A stretch of DNA of 63,776 nucleotides, filler included, from Malassezia furfur (lineage: Eukaryota): the NCBI GenBank assembly GCA_052055015.1. It is 2 parts of 2 records of this genome, joined end to end, with 100 filler letters (N's around TTAATTAATTAA, not from the genome) between each part and the next. Parts side by side here need not be neighbours in the genome. Positions count along the whole stretch, not along the records: positions 1 to 31,855 come from JBQJIT010000090.1; positions 31,956 to 63,776 come from JBQJIT010000091.1. The stretch is one strand, 5' to 3'. Below, one piece after another: positions 29,877 to 40,500 of the stretch; the first letter of the stretch is position 1, and each line of letters begins with the position of its first letter. The translations under genes and the position numbers were made by a program. Below the pieces are notes generated by a model, which had not been told where the DNA came from, made no database searches, and worked only from the letters and a program-made list of their open reading frames with translations.

Positions 29877-30719
29877 ATGTACGACTGCGTGCTTCGTACG
29901 TTCCAGGTATCGGCCTGTGTACTGCCGGGCGTGCTGTTGTTTTTCGACGCACCGTTCGGGCGGTTTGCGGTGCAGAGTCGCTGGAATTGGCACGGTGCGT
30001 GCACCTTCTTATACCAGGCAATGCGTCTTGGATGGCCATGGAACTCGTCGCACCGCTGACGGCTGTGTGGTTTGCGTGGCCCCACACGTCGTGGATGCTG
30101 GCGCTGTTTGTGCTGCACTATGTAAACCGTGCCGTGGTGCAGCCGCTACGCAGTCCAGCGCGTTCCCCACTGCACGCCGTTGTCGTTCTCAGTGCCGTGG
30201 TCTTCAACCTAATGAATGGATACCTGCTTGGGACATGGCTGCGTGGAGCAGGCGAGGCACCCACGCCCTGCATACGCACTGCAGTCGGGACGGTGCTCGG
30301 CGTGCTGATGTACGCCGCGGGACTGGCCGGCAACATGTGGCACGACCAAGTGCTGCTAGAGCTGCGCAAGACGCCGCGTGAAGGCGCGAGCGTGCGTACG
30401 GCGTCATCCGACTACCGCATCCCCTATGGCGGGTTGTACCGATGGATCAGCTACCCCAACTACCTGTGCGAATGTAAGTGTGCGGGCTGCTCACGCAGGG
30501 ATTGAATGGAGTGGATGGGCGCTGTGCTGCCTATGCACCCTACCCCACGCACGCGCGCCCCTCGTTTCGCAAGCGCCGGTCCTGTTTGTCCTCATAGAAA
30601 TGGCGGTGATGCTCCCCCGCGCTGTGCGTGGCCACCGCTGGTACCATGCACAATTCGGCACGACGCCGAGCGGGGCGTACCCCGCAGAGCGCCGTGCCGT
30701 CGTGCCGTTCCTGCTGTAA
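29877..30719 (+). CDS. 3-oxo-5-alpha-steroid 4-dehydrogenase (SRD5A/DET2-like)
   Basis: APFGRF, W..ME, HYVNRA, FN..NGY, GN.WHD..L..LR, Y.IPYGGLY.WISYPNYLCEWIEW, M.PRA..GHRWY and YP..R.AVVPFL. Introns 29995-30017 and 30474-30498. Confidence 0.88.
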
Positions 30720-30772
30720 ATTGGTTCTATCTCCACATGCTTCGCGTAGATCCTCGATTCTCGTCTTCCATC

Positions 30773-31128
30773 ATGGTACGTCGGCGCACCGCTAACGCAG
30801 TCGGGCCTGCATTACTCGGGCAACCTGCAGCTGGAGCACTGTAGGTGCTGTGCCGACTGACACAGTGCACTCTCGGTACACGGGTACCATCCACCCGGAC
30901 ATCTCGCGGCAGTACGTGTCGCCGCTCACGCAGTCAATGGATCTCGCACCAGCACCGTGATACGTCGGCTGCGATCATCGGCAATGGCCCGCTCGTGTCG
31001 TACTTGTCGATTGCCGAGGGCAACACCAAGGCGCGCACCCGTTTTGAGCAGTGCGAGGTACGCCCCTGGCCCTAACCCAGCGCATGTTGCAACCGTGTGG
31101 CCCTCCGCCTGAGCGCCGTGACGACTGA
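30773..31128 (+). CDS. YSF3: Splicing factor 3B subunit 5 (SF3b10/Ysf3), 86 aa, 5 exons
   Basis: Exons 30773-75, 30801-40, 30866-911, 30934-31057 and 31081-128 give MSGLHYSGNLQLEHLHSRYTGTIHPDISRHQWISHQHRDTSAAIIGNGPLVSYLSIAEGNTKARTRFEQCERMLQPCGPPPERRDD. This matches the SF3B5 QLEHL, QHRD and MLQPCGPP motifs. Confidence 0.92.
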
Positions 31129-31253
31129 GTGGCCTGTGGCCTGTCACGGTGTGCCGCGCACGGCGCGCCGTGTCACAATGCATGCCTGTTTGGATGTTGT
31201 CGGCGCGGCCCAGCGCGTTTGTCTCATCTGCGTAGACTCTATACCCAATGCTA

Positions 31254-31853
31254 TTACATCTCGACCTCTTCGGCCTCCCCAGCGTCCTGCGCCGGCTTGC
31301 GCTTGCGTGGCCGCTTGGGTGCACTGCCGCTCTCGTCGCCGTCTGCCTTGGCTTTGGACCGCTTCTTGGGCTTGGCCGGCGCGTCGTCCGCAATCTCTTC
31401 GATCTTGGGCGGCGGCTTGGCACCAAAGAAGTCGTCCTCGTCGTCCTCCAGCGACCACGCCACGGTTGGCGTCGGCGTGTCGCTGGGCTTGGCCTGTGCC
31501 TCGGCCTTGTTGAGCTTGCGGCGCGCGTGCATTGCGCGCGCGTTCTCGGCCTTGTCGAGGGCGAGCTGGGCCTCGTCGGCCTGCTTGCGGCGCAGCATGG
31601 AGTCGGCCAGCTCGTCGTCGTCGAGGAGCAGCGAGACAATTTCCTGCGGCTTGGCCATCCCCGACTCGCTGTACGCCTTGTTGCCCACGACGATGTCCTG
31701 CACCTCCTTCTTGTTGCGCGCGAGTTTGACGATGCGCTCGTCGATGGTGCCCTTGGTGATGAGGCGGTACACGGTGACCTGCTTGGTCTGCCCCAGGCGG
31801 TGCGCACGGTCCATCGCCTGCGAGTCGTTCGACGGGTTCCAGTCGTGGTCGTA
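31254..31853 (-). CDS. INO80: INO80 chromatin-remodelling ATPase, C-terminal part (truncated by gap)
   Basis: [48 protein letters not shown]...[11 protein letters not shown]. Confidence 0.85.
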   Translation of the reverse strand, partial: YDHDWNPSNDSQAMDRAHRLGQTKQVTVYRLITKGTIDERIVKLARNKKEVQDIVVGNKAYSESGMAKPQEIVSLLLDDDELADSMLRRKQADEAQLALDKAENARAMHARRKLNKAEAQAKPSDTPTPTVAWSLEDDEDDFFGAKPPPKIEEIADDAPAKPKKRSKAKADGDESGSAPKRPRKRKPAQDAGEAEEVEM

Positions 31854-31855
31854 AA

Positions 31856-31955
31856 NNNNNNNNNNNNNNNNNNNNNNNNNNNNNNNNNNNNNNNNNNNNT
31901 TAATTAATTAANNNNNNNNNNNNNNNNNNNNNNNNNNNNNNNNNNNNNNNNNNNN
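31856..31955. other. Artificial scaffold spacer: N44-TTAATTAATTAA-N44
   Basis: Exactly 100 nt with a palindromic six-frame stop linker at 31900-31911. It interrupts genes on both sides. Confidence 0.95.
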
Positions 31956-34228
31956 ATCGCCGCGTCGGCCGCGACGCGCTCGAGGCGCGCGACCCGTGCC
32001 TGGGCATCGGCCTCGGCGCGCCGCACATACACCAGCTCGTCGAGCTCGGGCGTGCGCTGCTCCTGGAGCTGCGCGCGCTTCTGCTCGGCGGCGTACATCT
32101 CGCTATACAGGGCGGTCGTCTGCTGCTCGAGCGTCGCGAGGCGCGTGCGCGTCTCGGCAAGCTCGGCGACGTGCGCCTGCACCTCGGACTGCCAGCGCTG
32201 CACGGCGCGCACCGCGTCGAGGCGCGAGCGCCGCGGGTCGTGGTAGCCGCCCGCGAGCGTCCCGCGGCGGCTCACCTGGTCGCCGTCGAGCGTGATGGCG
32301 TTCAGCGCGCCCTTGGAGCCGCGCACGTACGCCGCGGCAATCTCGAGGCGCGGGCAGATGATCGTCTTGCCGAACACCTGCTTCATCGCCGGGAGCACCT
32401 CAGGGATGAACGAGAGCTTGCGCAGCATCACCACCGCGTCGGACGCCTGGGGGTACGCCACGTCGTTGGTGTGCAGCCGGTTGAGCGGCATAAAGGTCAC
32501 GCGCCCCGCCTGCGGCTCGCGCTGCATGTGCTCGAGCAAGGTGCTCGCCGTCGCGTCCGTGTCGACCACGATGTTGAACAGGCTGCCGCCCGCCGTCGCC
32601 TCGACCGCCGCCTTGTACCGGTCGTCGACGCGGAAGAGCGTGTAGAGCGGTCCGTACACGCCCGTCAGCTGCTCGCGCGCAACGAGCGTCTCGACGGTCT
32701 GCAGTCCGCGAGCGGTGGTGCGGTCGACCGTCGCGGCCAGCGCGCGCTGTGCGGCGCTCAGCTGGTCCTGTGCGTGCGCCAGCGCCGCCGTGGCCTTGGT
32801 CTCTGTCTTCCACAGCTCCTTCTTCTCCTCGAGGAGCGCATCGCGCTCCGTCTTGCGCGCGTGGTAGGTATCGCTCAGCTCGGTGAGGGAATCGCCGCGC
32901 GTCGCAAGCGACGTCTCGAGCGCGCTGCGCTGTGCCTGCAGCGCGGCCAACTGCGCGTCCTCCGTGTCGCGCTTCGCGGCGAGCTGGGCCGCCTCGGCGT
33001 CGCGTGCGGCGTCGTCCGCGTCCAGCTCGCGCAGCTGCGCCTCGAGCGCCGCGTCGCGCTCCGCCTGCGTCGCAAACTGCGCGCTGCGGCCCTGCTTGGC
33101 ATACAGCACGGCGATGCGCGCGCGCGCCTGCTCGAGCCGGCCCTGCACCTGCTCGACGTCGCGCAGGACGCGCGTCTGCGCCTCGTTCTGCTCCGCGAGC
33201 TGCGCCTCTTTCGCGCGGATGTCCGCGGCGACCGACGCGAGCTGCGCTTCGAGCGCGGCACGGCGGTCCTCGCCGTCCACCTCGCTCTGGTCCTCAAGCG
33301 TGCTGTCGAGCTGCGCCTGCGCACGGCTGAGCGCGCGCCGCTCCTGCTCGAGCTGTGCCTGGTCGAGCGCGAGCTGCTCGAGCTGCGCGCGCAGCTCCTG
33401 CAGCTGGTCCTCTTGCTGCGCGGTCGCTGCGTCCTCGCGCGCGTGCTCGACGCGCCGCGTGTTCGATTGGTCCAGCTCGAGGCGCCGGTCGCTTTCGAGC
33501 GACTCGAGCACCTCGGCCAGGTCCGCGAGCTCGCGCTGGTAGATGGTATACTCAAGGCACCGCCGCTCGCGGTCGCGCTTGTGGAACTTGTGCAGCTCGC
33601 CCTGCTCCTTGCTGAGCTCCTCAATGCGCGCCTCGATCTCGCTCAGGAGCTCGGCGGTACCGTTGTAGCGCGCATCGGTCGCGCGCAGAATGTCGACGCT
33701 GTCGACGCGTCGCTGCTCGTAGACGCGCGTGCCCGCGACTTCTTTGAGCAGCGCAAGGCGCTCGGCGTCCGTCGCGTTCGTGAGGTGCGTGATGCGCCCC
33801 TGCGGCACGATGTAGTACGGGTTGCTCCGGCTGAAGCCCGCGCTCTCGAGCAGGTTGACCACCTCGGTCTTGCTTGCGTTCTTCCGGTCGATCATGTATT
33901 CGTCCTTGGCGAGGCTCACGGTGCGCCGCACCACGACCTCGTCGCCGTTCAGCGGGAACCGCCCGTCCGCATTGTCAAACACGACCTCGACGAACGCGCT
34001 CAGCGTCGCGCTCGTCGCGCCGCTCGCGTCGTACAGCAGCGCCTGGCGCTCCTCGCGTGAGAGCGACGTGTACGCATCGCTCAGCACGAACCGGATCGCC
34101 GCGAAAAAGTTGCTCTTCCCACTCCCGTTCCGCCCGACCACGACGTTCGCGTGGGGGCTCAGGGAGTCGACCACGGTCGCGTCGCGGAACGACTTGAACC
34201 CGTGGATCGTCAACGCCTTAATGTACAT
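31956..34228 (-). CDS. SMC3: Cohesin subunit Smc3, N-terminal ~757 aa (truncated by gap)
   Basis: MYIK.L.I.GFKS, VVGRNGSGKSNFFAAIRFVL, GFSRSNPYYIVPQGRI, EVAGTRVYE and hinge GRVTFMPLNRL. Confidence 0.95.
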
Positions 34229-34251
34229 ACGCGTCGCGGTCGTGAAGAGGC

Positions 34252-34257
34252 CACGTG
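34252..34257. promoter_or_regulatory. CACGTG E-box in the 45-bp SMC3/EMC3 divergent promoter
   Basis: GCCACGTGGC palindrome between the ATGs at 34228 and 34274. Confidence 0.6.
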
Positions 34258-34273
34258 GCTTTCCTACACCACC

Positions 34274-35213
34274 ATGGGGAGGTACGTCGGCCGCGCCCAC
34301 TGACCGTGCACAGTCAGCCGCTCTTGCTCGACAGGTATGCGCACCTTACTCACGCAGCGCCCTGCGCAACTGGGTACTCATTCCCATCACGCTCGTCATG
34401 GTGCTCGTCGGCGTGCTCCGGAATAACCTCATGCAGTTCCTCCAGAGCCCGCCGAAGCCGGCCAAGCTCGCCGCGCTGCGCCAGCGCAACATTCTCTCGC
34501 GCGCAAGCGCGTTGCGCGCCAACTACCTCATGATCCCGCCATCGGCCGTGTCGCTGCGCCGCACGTTCCTTACGCGCGCGCTCAATGACGGTTCGTACCT
34601 TGCGCCCGACTCCAAGGCGTCGATTGAGCGCGAGCGCAACCGCAAGCCGGACGAGATGCCCGAGGTAAAGAACCCGCTCTCGGACCCCAACACCATGGAG
34701 ATGATGCTCGAGCAGGCGAAGAAGAGCCTTGTCATGATGGTGCCCCAGACCGCCATCATGGGCTGGATCAACTTCTTCTTCTCGGGCTTTGTGCTGAGTA
34801 GGTGTGCGATGCTGACGCAGTCAAACTCCCCTTCCCGCTCACGCAGGGGTTCAAGGTCATGCTGCAGCGCGACGTTGCCGCTCGCGACCTCGACGTGCAG
34901 TGGGTGTCGTCGCTGAGCTGGTACTTTTTGAACCTCTATGGCCTGGATGCCATCTACCGCCTGCTGCTGGGCAACAACAATGGTGCGTAATGCGCTCGCT
35001 GACCCAGCCGCCGACTCGTCGCGCGACATGGCCATGGGCGCCGGCGGCGCCGCCCTGATGATGCAGGAGCAGGTCCCGGGTCAGGTCGACCATGCCAAGC
35101 TCCACGCCGCGGAAAAGGACAGCTTGGAGCTGATGGGCGCGTCACAGAAAAAGGACAGCGTCGCGTGGGTCGGCGACCGCATCGAGGACCGCGTCCTCGC
35201 CCTGTATGCATAG
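34274..35213 (+). CDS. EMC3: ER membrane complex subunit 3
   Basis: Introns 34282-34313, 34335-34357, 34798-34820 and 34983-35007 give [20 protein letters not shown]...[31 protein letters not shown]...[14 protein letters not shown]. Confidence 0.92.
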
Positions 35214-35421
35214 TGAACCCGTAGGCCGCCAAGTATGCGCGCCCACCACCCCCGCCTCGGGCCACGCGACACACCGCCACACGGCTCAGGCACCAGCGCG
35301 GCCTGCGCTTCACGTGCGTGCGCCCAGGCAGATTAGGTGGATCGACGGATCGGCGCCCCGCCGCTCCGCCGCTTCGCCGGATTTAACGCACGTGCCTAGC
35401 GCCGCCCACACCACCACCATC

Positions 35422-36438
35422 ATGAGCTGGCTCCAGGAAAGAGACCCGATCCCCGTCGGCTATTGGGGCCCTGTGTATGTGCCATACTGACCACAGGACG
35501 AGCACCCTGCTTTGGTGCGAGGTACGCAAACACAACTCACCCAGAAAAAATAGTAGGTGTCTATCTGACCGGAGCGCATGGACCAAGTACATTGCTGAGC
35601 CGGTCAACACGGTGCGTATCTCGTCGCTGACGCAGTTGACCAACTTGCTCTTTTTCGCCGCAGCGATCTACGGAATGTACCGTATTCACCAGCAGCGCCT
35701 TCCGCCCCGCTTCTACGGAATGTACATCGGTATGTCTCTCTGCTTACGCCAGGTCTTGGCACGGTCGGATTCGGCTCGTTCCTCTTCCACATGACCCTCA
35801 AGCACGAGGCACAGATGATGGATGAGCTGCCGATGATCTGGGCCAGCTGCTACGTGTGCTGGTGCCTGCTCGACGACACGGTGTCGTACGGCAATAAGAA
35901 GCACCCTGCTTTCTTCCGCACGCTCATCACGGGTCTTGCCGTGTTCATTACGGTGACCTACGTGATGCACGGAAACCCCGTCTTCCACCAGGTTGCGTAC
36001 GCATGCATCTTCGCCTTTACGAGCATCCACGGCCTGAAAATACTCTGGTCCAAGAACTCGCCGCTGTCACTGACGCCTGCTGTCCGTGTCTGGCAGGCCA
36101 CGGCGCGTCATCAACAGGTGGTCGGCATTGTGAGCTTCTTGACGGGCTTCTTGATCTGGAACATTGACAACATTTTCTGCGGCACGCTTCGCGTGAGCCG
36201 CGAGATTGTGGGGTACCCCTGGGCGCTGCTCCTCGAGGGTCACGGCTGGTGGCACATCCTGACGTGCTATGGCGCGTACCTACTCACGGTCTCGTGCCAG
36301 ATCATCGTGCTGCCGCTCCGCGAGCACCCCGACAACTTTGTGTTTGTCAACTCGTTCCTTCCGTACATCAAGCGTGTGCGCGACGACGACCCCAAGCACC
36401 GGTTCGTCGACGAGTACCGTGCACGCAAGACCCAGTGA
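35422..36438 (+). CDS. Alkaline ceramidase (Ypc1/Ydc1/ACER3 family), 6 exons
   Basis: Introns 35475-96, 35522-44, 35553-74, 35612-35 and 35730-52 give GYWGPVTSTLLWCEKKY...YIAE..NT.TN, GFGS.LFHMTL, DELPM, IWNIDN.FC and EGHGWWH. Confidence 0.9.
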
Positions 36439-36439
36439 C

Positions 36440-37522
36440 TTACCACGCGCGCCGCTGTGGGACGCTGCGTGGGTCCACGTTGTGCTGCCGCAACCGCGCT
36501 TTGCACGCATCTAGTTCGCGCTCCATCTCGGCGCGCACACGGTCGTATTCGTCATCCGCACGGTCGAGAATGTCATCCGTGGCCTCTTCTTGCGCATCCA
36601 GCACATCTTCCTGCTCCGGAAGCAGCTTGCGCGGTAGATAGTACACGTCGTAGGCACGTGCACCCCGCAACGCAATGGGCACACTCGGCTCACGGGCCAG
36701 CGCCGTCGCGGCGGCCTCGGCCTCGTCGGCGGGCGGGCGCGCACCGCTGCTCGAGCCGATGTGCGTTACGAGGTAGCTCGAAAGGCGGCGCTTCTGCGAG
36801 CGTGCCGTGCGATACGCTGCCTCGTACGCCGCAAGGTCCTCGGCAAGCGTGTGCGCTCGCTCGAGGTCCTTTCGGATCGATGCACGCTCGGCGTCGTGCG
36901 CGGCCCGCTCAGCGGCAAGGTCGACCGTGGGTATCACTGGCCGCTGAGGGGCCGGGGCCTCGGTCTCGCCCTCGGTGCGCACGCGCTTGCGCGGCTCACG
37001 CGACTGGGTCAAGGTCCTGTTAAGAAGGCCGAGCATGCGTTTGCCTCGCCGCTGGTCCTCAAGTCGCAGCTGTGGGCGCGACGCGGGCCGTTTCTGGCCG
37101 GCATGTGCGGTGTGTGTCTCGGTGCGTGCCTCGCGCGCCGGGCTGCTCGCACGGTCCGTAGGGGTATGAGGAGACGACGTGGATGATTCGGCGTGCTTCG
37201 CTGCGCTGTCGCGCGGAGGCACAGCATTCTCTGGTGCTTCGGTCTCGGGTCGTGCCGGGGATGCAGTCATCTCAGTGTGCATGGCCTGTTCTTCCTGCGC
37301 AGGCGCAGGCAACCGTGCGCGACCCTGTTCTTCTTGTGGAGTCTCGTGCTCGTCGGCCGCTGTGCTCGTGGACGTGGGTGCTGTGGGCTCTGCGGGCATG
37401 GGATCCGTCTCCTTGACATCCTCCCCGCCAGACGCTGCGGCCTGTTCACTTACGGGCGGCGCGTCGTTGGCTCTCTCTGGCGCGTTCGGCTCCGGAGTCC
37501 TGCTCCGTGCATCGTCCGTCAT
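36440..37522 (-). CDS. Pinin/SDK/MemA-domain protein
   Basis: Acidic disordered N-terminus, ED.RRGKRMLGLL..TL and YYLP.KL...Q, as in fungal pinin homologues. Confidence 0.7.
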   Translation of the reverse strand: MTDDARSRTPEPNAPERANDAPPVSEQAAASGGEDVKETDPMPAEPTAPTSTSTAADEHETPQEEQGRARLPAPAQEEQAMHTEMTASPARPETEAPENAVPPRDSAAKHAESSTSSPHTPTDRASSPAREARTETHTAHAGQKRPASRPQLRLEDQRRGKRMLGLLNRTLTQSREPRKRVRTEGETEAPAPQRPVIPTVDLAAERAAHDAERASIRKDLERAHTLAEDLAAYEAAYRTARSQKRRLSSYLVTHIGSSSGARPPADEAEAAATALAREPSVPIALRGARAYDVYYLPRKLLPEQEDVLDAQEEATDDILDRADDEYDRVRAEMERELDACKARLRQHNVDPRSVPQRRAW

Positions 37523-37561
37523 GGCGCGTACCAGCTTACCTAATCTGTCTCGGCGACGACG

Positions 37562-40500
37562 ATGGACGACATCGAGTCGCTCTTCTCGTCGCGGCCGGCC
37601 GCGCGCGCCGGCTATGCGCCTCCCGCGCAGGTCGACGACGAGGAGCCGTCCCATGTGTTGTTTGGAAATGACGACGTTGACCTTTTGGGCGACGACGTGC
37701 CTGTGCAGCCGACGCGCACCACCACCGAGCGAGGCGATGCACCGTCGTTGCGCCGCGCCGAGTCCAGCGCGAGTGCGCACAAGACCGACAGTCTTTACGG
37801 CGACGACCGCGCGGATGCATGGGAATTTGCGTACGGCGATGACATGCAGCTGCGGCCCATGGGGTCAAGCAAGACGATCGAGGCGGACGACGATGCGGAC
37901 GCCGATATGTTTGTGTCGAGCTCACGGCCCGGGCCGAGCCGGCCAGCTGCTTCTGGACGGAGAGGCACGCAGCGGCGTACGAAGCCGAATCCGCGAGTCG
38001 CGGCTGCACGGGAGGCGCCGAGTAAGCCGTCGATTGTGTCGATGCTGCTACAGGATGCACACTGGCAGATTCGCTCGCTCCGCCAGCGCATCCGGCGCGA
38101 AATCCAAAAGTATCGCGGACAGTATACCGCGCAGCAGTCGCGCACGATCCACCTGAACGACCCTGCGGCGAATGCGGGGAACCTCGACTTCCAGAGCAAC
38201 CAAGTCATGACGAACAAGTACAATGTCGTGACGTTCTTGCCGCTGTTCCTCCTGGAGCAGTTCTCCAAGTACGCCAACGTCTTTTTCCTGTTTATTGGGT
38301 GCTTGCAGCAGATTCCGGGCGTGTCTCCGACGAACCGATGGACGACGCTGGTGCCGCTAGGAATCGTGCTGCTGGTCAGTGCGCTCAAGGAGGTGTCGGA
38401 GGACTGGCGGCGGTACAAGGCGGACGCGGAGCTGAATGCGAGCCTGATTCCCGTGCTCGATGCCGAGACCGAGTCGTGGGTGCCCAAGTCGTGGCGCGAC
38501 GTGCGCGTGGGCGACGTGGTGCGCGTGGAGCGCAACGGTTTCTTCCCCGCGGACCTCGTCCTGCTCAGCTCGTCGGAGCCCGAGGGCCTAGCGTATGTCG
38601 AGACGGCGAACCTCGATGGTGAAACGAACCTCAAGGTGAAGCAGGCGCTGCCTGCGACCGCCAAGCTCGTCACGGCCGCGTCCATGAGCCGACTGCGCGG
38701 CACGATTGTTTGCGAGGCCCCCAACAACTCGCTCTATACCTTTGACGGCACGCTCAAGCCGAGCAGCGACGCGGCGCTGCCCGTGGGCCCCGATCAGCTG
38801 CTACTGCGTGGCTCGCAGCTGCGCAATGCGCCGTGGGTGTACGGCCTCGCGGTGTTTACCGGGCATGATACCAAGCTGCTGCAGAATGCCACCAAGACGC
38901 CGCTGAAGCGCACGCGCGTCGACAAGCAGGTCAACTCGCTGATTCTGAGCCTGTTTGTACTGATGCTGGCGCTCGCGATCGTGTGCTCGATCGGCGCGCT
39001 GATTGCATCGCGCTCGGCCCGGCGCAATGCGCTGTACCTCATGCCGATGCTCGATGACCGCACCAGTGCGCGCGCCTTTGTCGAGTCAGTGCTGACATTC
39101 ATCATCCTGTACAACAGTCTGATCCCCATCTCGCTGATCGTGTCGATGGACCTGGTCAAGTTCCAACAGGCGTCGCTGATCAACTCGGACCTCGACATGT
39201 ACTACGAGGCGTCCGACACCCCCGCACAGTGTCGGCGCTCGAACCTGGTGGAGGACCTGGGCCAGGTGGACTACATCTTTAGCGACAAGACGGGCACGCT
39301 CACCCGCAACGAGATGGAGTTCAAGCAGGCGATCGTTGGCGGCGTCGCATTCGCCGACACGCTGGGCGAGGTGCCGCTCGATGACGAGTACGACGGCGGG
39401 CGGCTTGTTACCGGTCAGCGGACGTGGGCGCAGCTGCCCGACATTTTGCGCGACAACGTCGACCAGTTGCGCGCGCCGCTTGACGAGTTTCTCACGATCC
39501 TCGCCGTGTGCCACACGGTGATTCCCGAACGCCAGGGCGACAAGGTCGTATTCCAGGCGTCGAGCCCCGACGAGGCGGCACTGGTGAGCGGCGCCGAGCG
39601 TCTTGGCTACCGCTTTGTAACACGCAAGCCGCGCAGTGTGTTTGTCGACGTGCGCGGCGACGTGCGCGAGTACGAGATCCTGCAGGTGTGCGAGTTCAAC
39701 TCGACGCGCAAGCGCATGTCGACCGTCGTGCGCCAGCCGAACGGGCAAATCTCGCTGTACTGCAAGGGCGCTGACACGGTGATTTTGCCGCGCCTCACGC
39801 CGGGCCAGGCGACCGAGACGACGCTGAGCCAGCTCGAAACGTACGCGGCCGAGGGCCTGCGCACCCTGTGCATCGCCAAGCGTGACCTGGACCGCGACAC
39901 GTACCGCGCATGGGCACAGAAGTACGATTCGGCCGCCGCGAGTCTCGAGGAGCGCGCGGCGAAGCTCGACGCGGTCGCCGAGGAGATTGAGCAGCAGCTC
40001 ACGCTCGTGGGCGCGACGGCCATCGAGGACAAGCTGCAGGAGGGCGTGCCCGAGACGATCGCCACGCTGCAGAGCGCCGGCATTAAGGTGTGGGTGCTCA
40101 CAGGCGACCGCCAAGAGACGGCGATCAACATCGGCTACTCGTGCCGGCTCATTTCCGAGTCGATGAGCCTGCTGATCGTCAACGAGACGACGCCGGAGGA
40201 CACGGCCACGGCGATTCGGCAGCAGCTCGACACGGTGCACGAGCAACTCGCGGACGTCAATGGCCTGCAGGAGGAGCTGGCCCTGGTCATCGAGGGCCGC
40301 AGCCTGCAGCATGCGCTGGACCCTGCGGTGGCGCCGCTCTTTCTCGAGCTGGCCGCAGCATGCAAGGCGGTGGTGTGCTGCCGCGTGTCGCCGCTGCAAA
40401 AGGCGCTCGTCGTGGAGCTCGTCAAGGTACACACCTCGTCGATCTTGCTGGCGATCGGCGACGGAGCGAACGATGTGGGGATGATCCAGGCGGCGCACGT

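Noticed and set aside
31900..31911. TTAATTAATTAA palindrome as a biological site (e.g. TTAA transposon target)
   Set aside because: It is centred in symmetric N-runs and is a synthetic six-frame stop linker.
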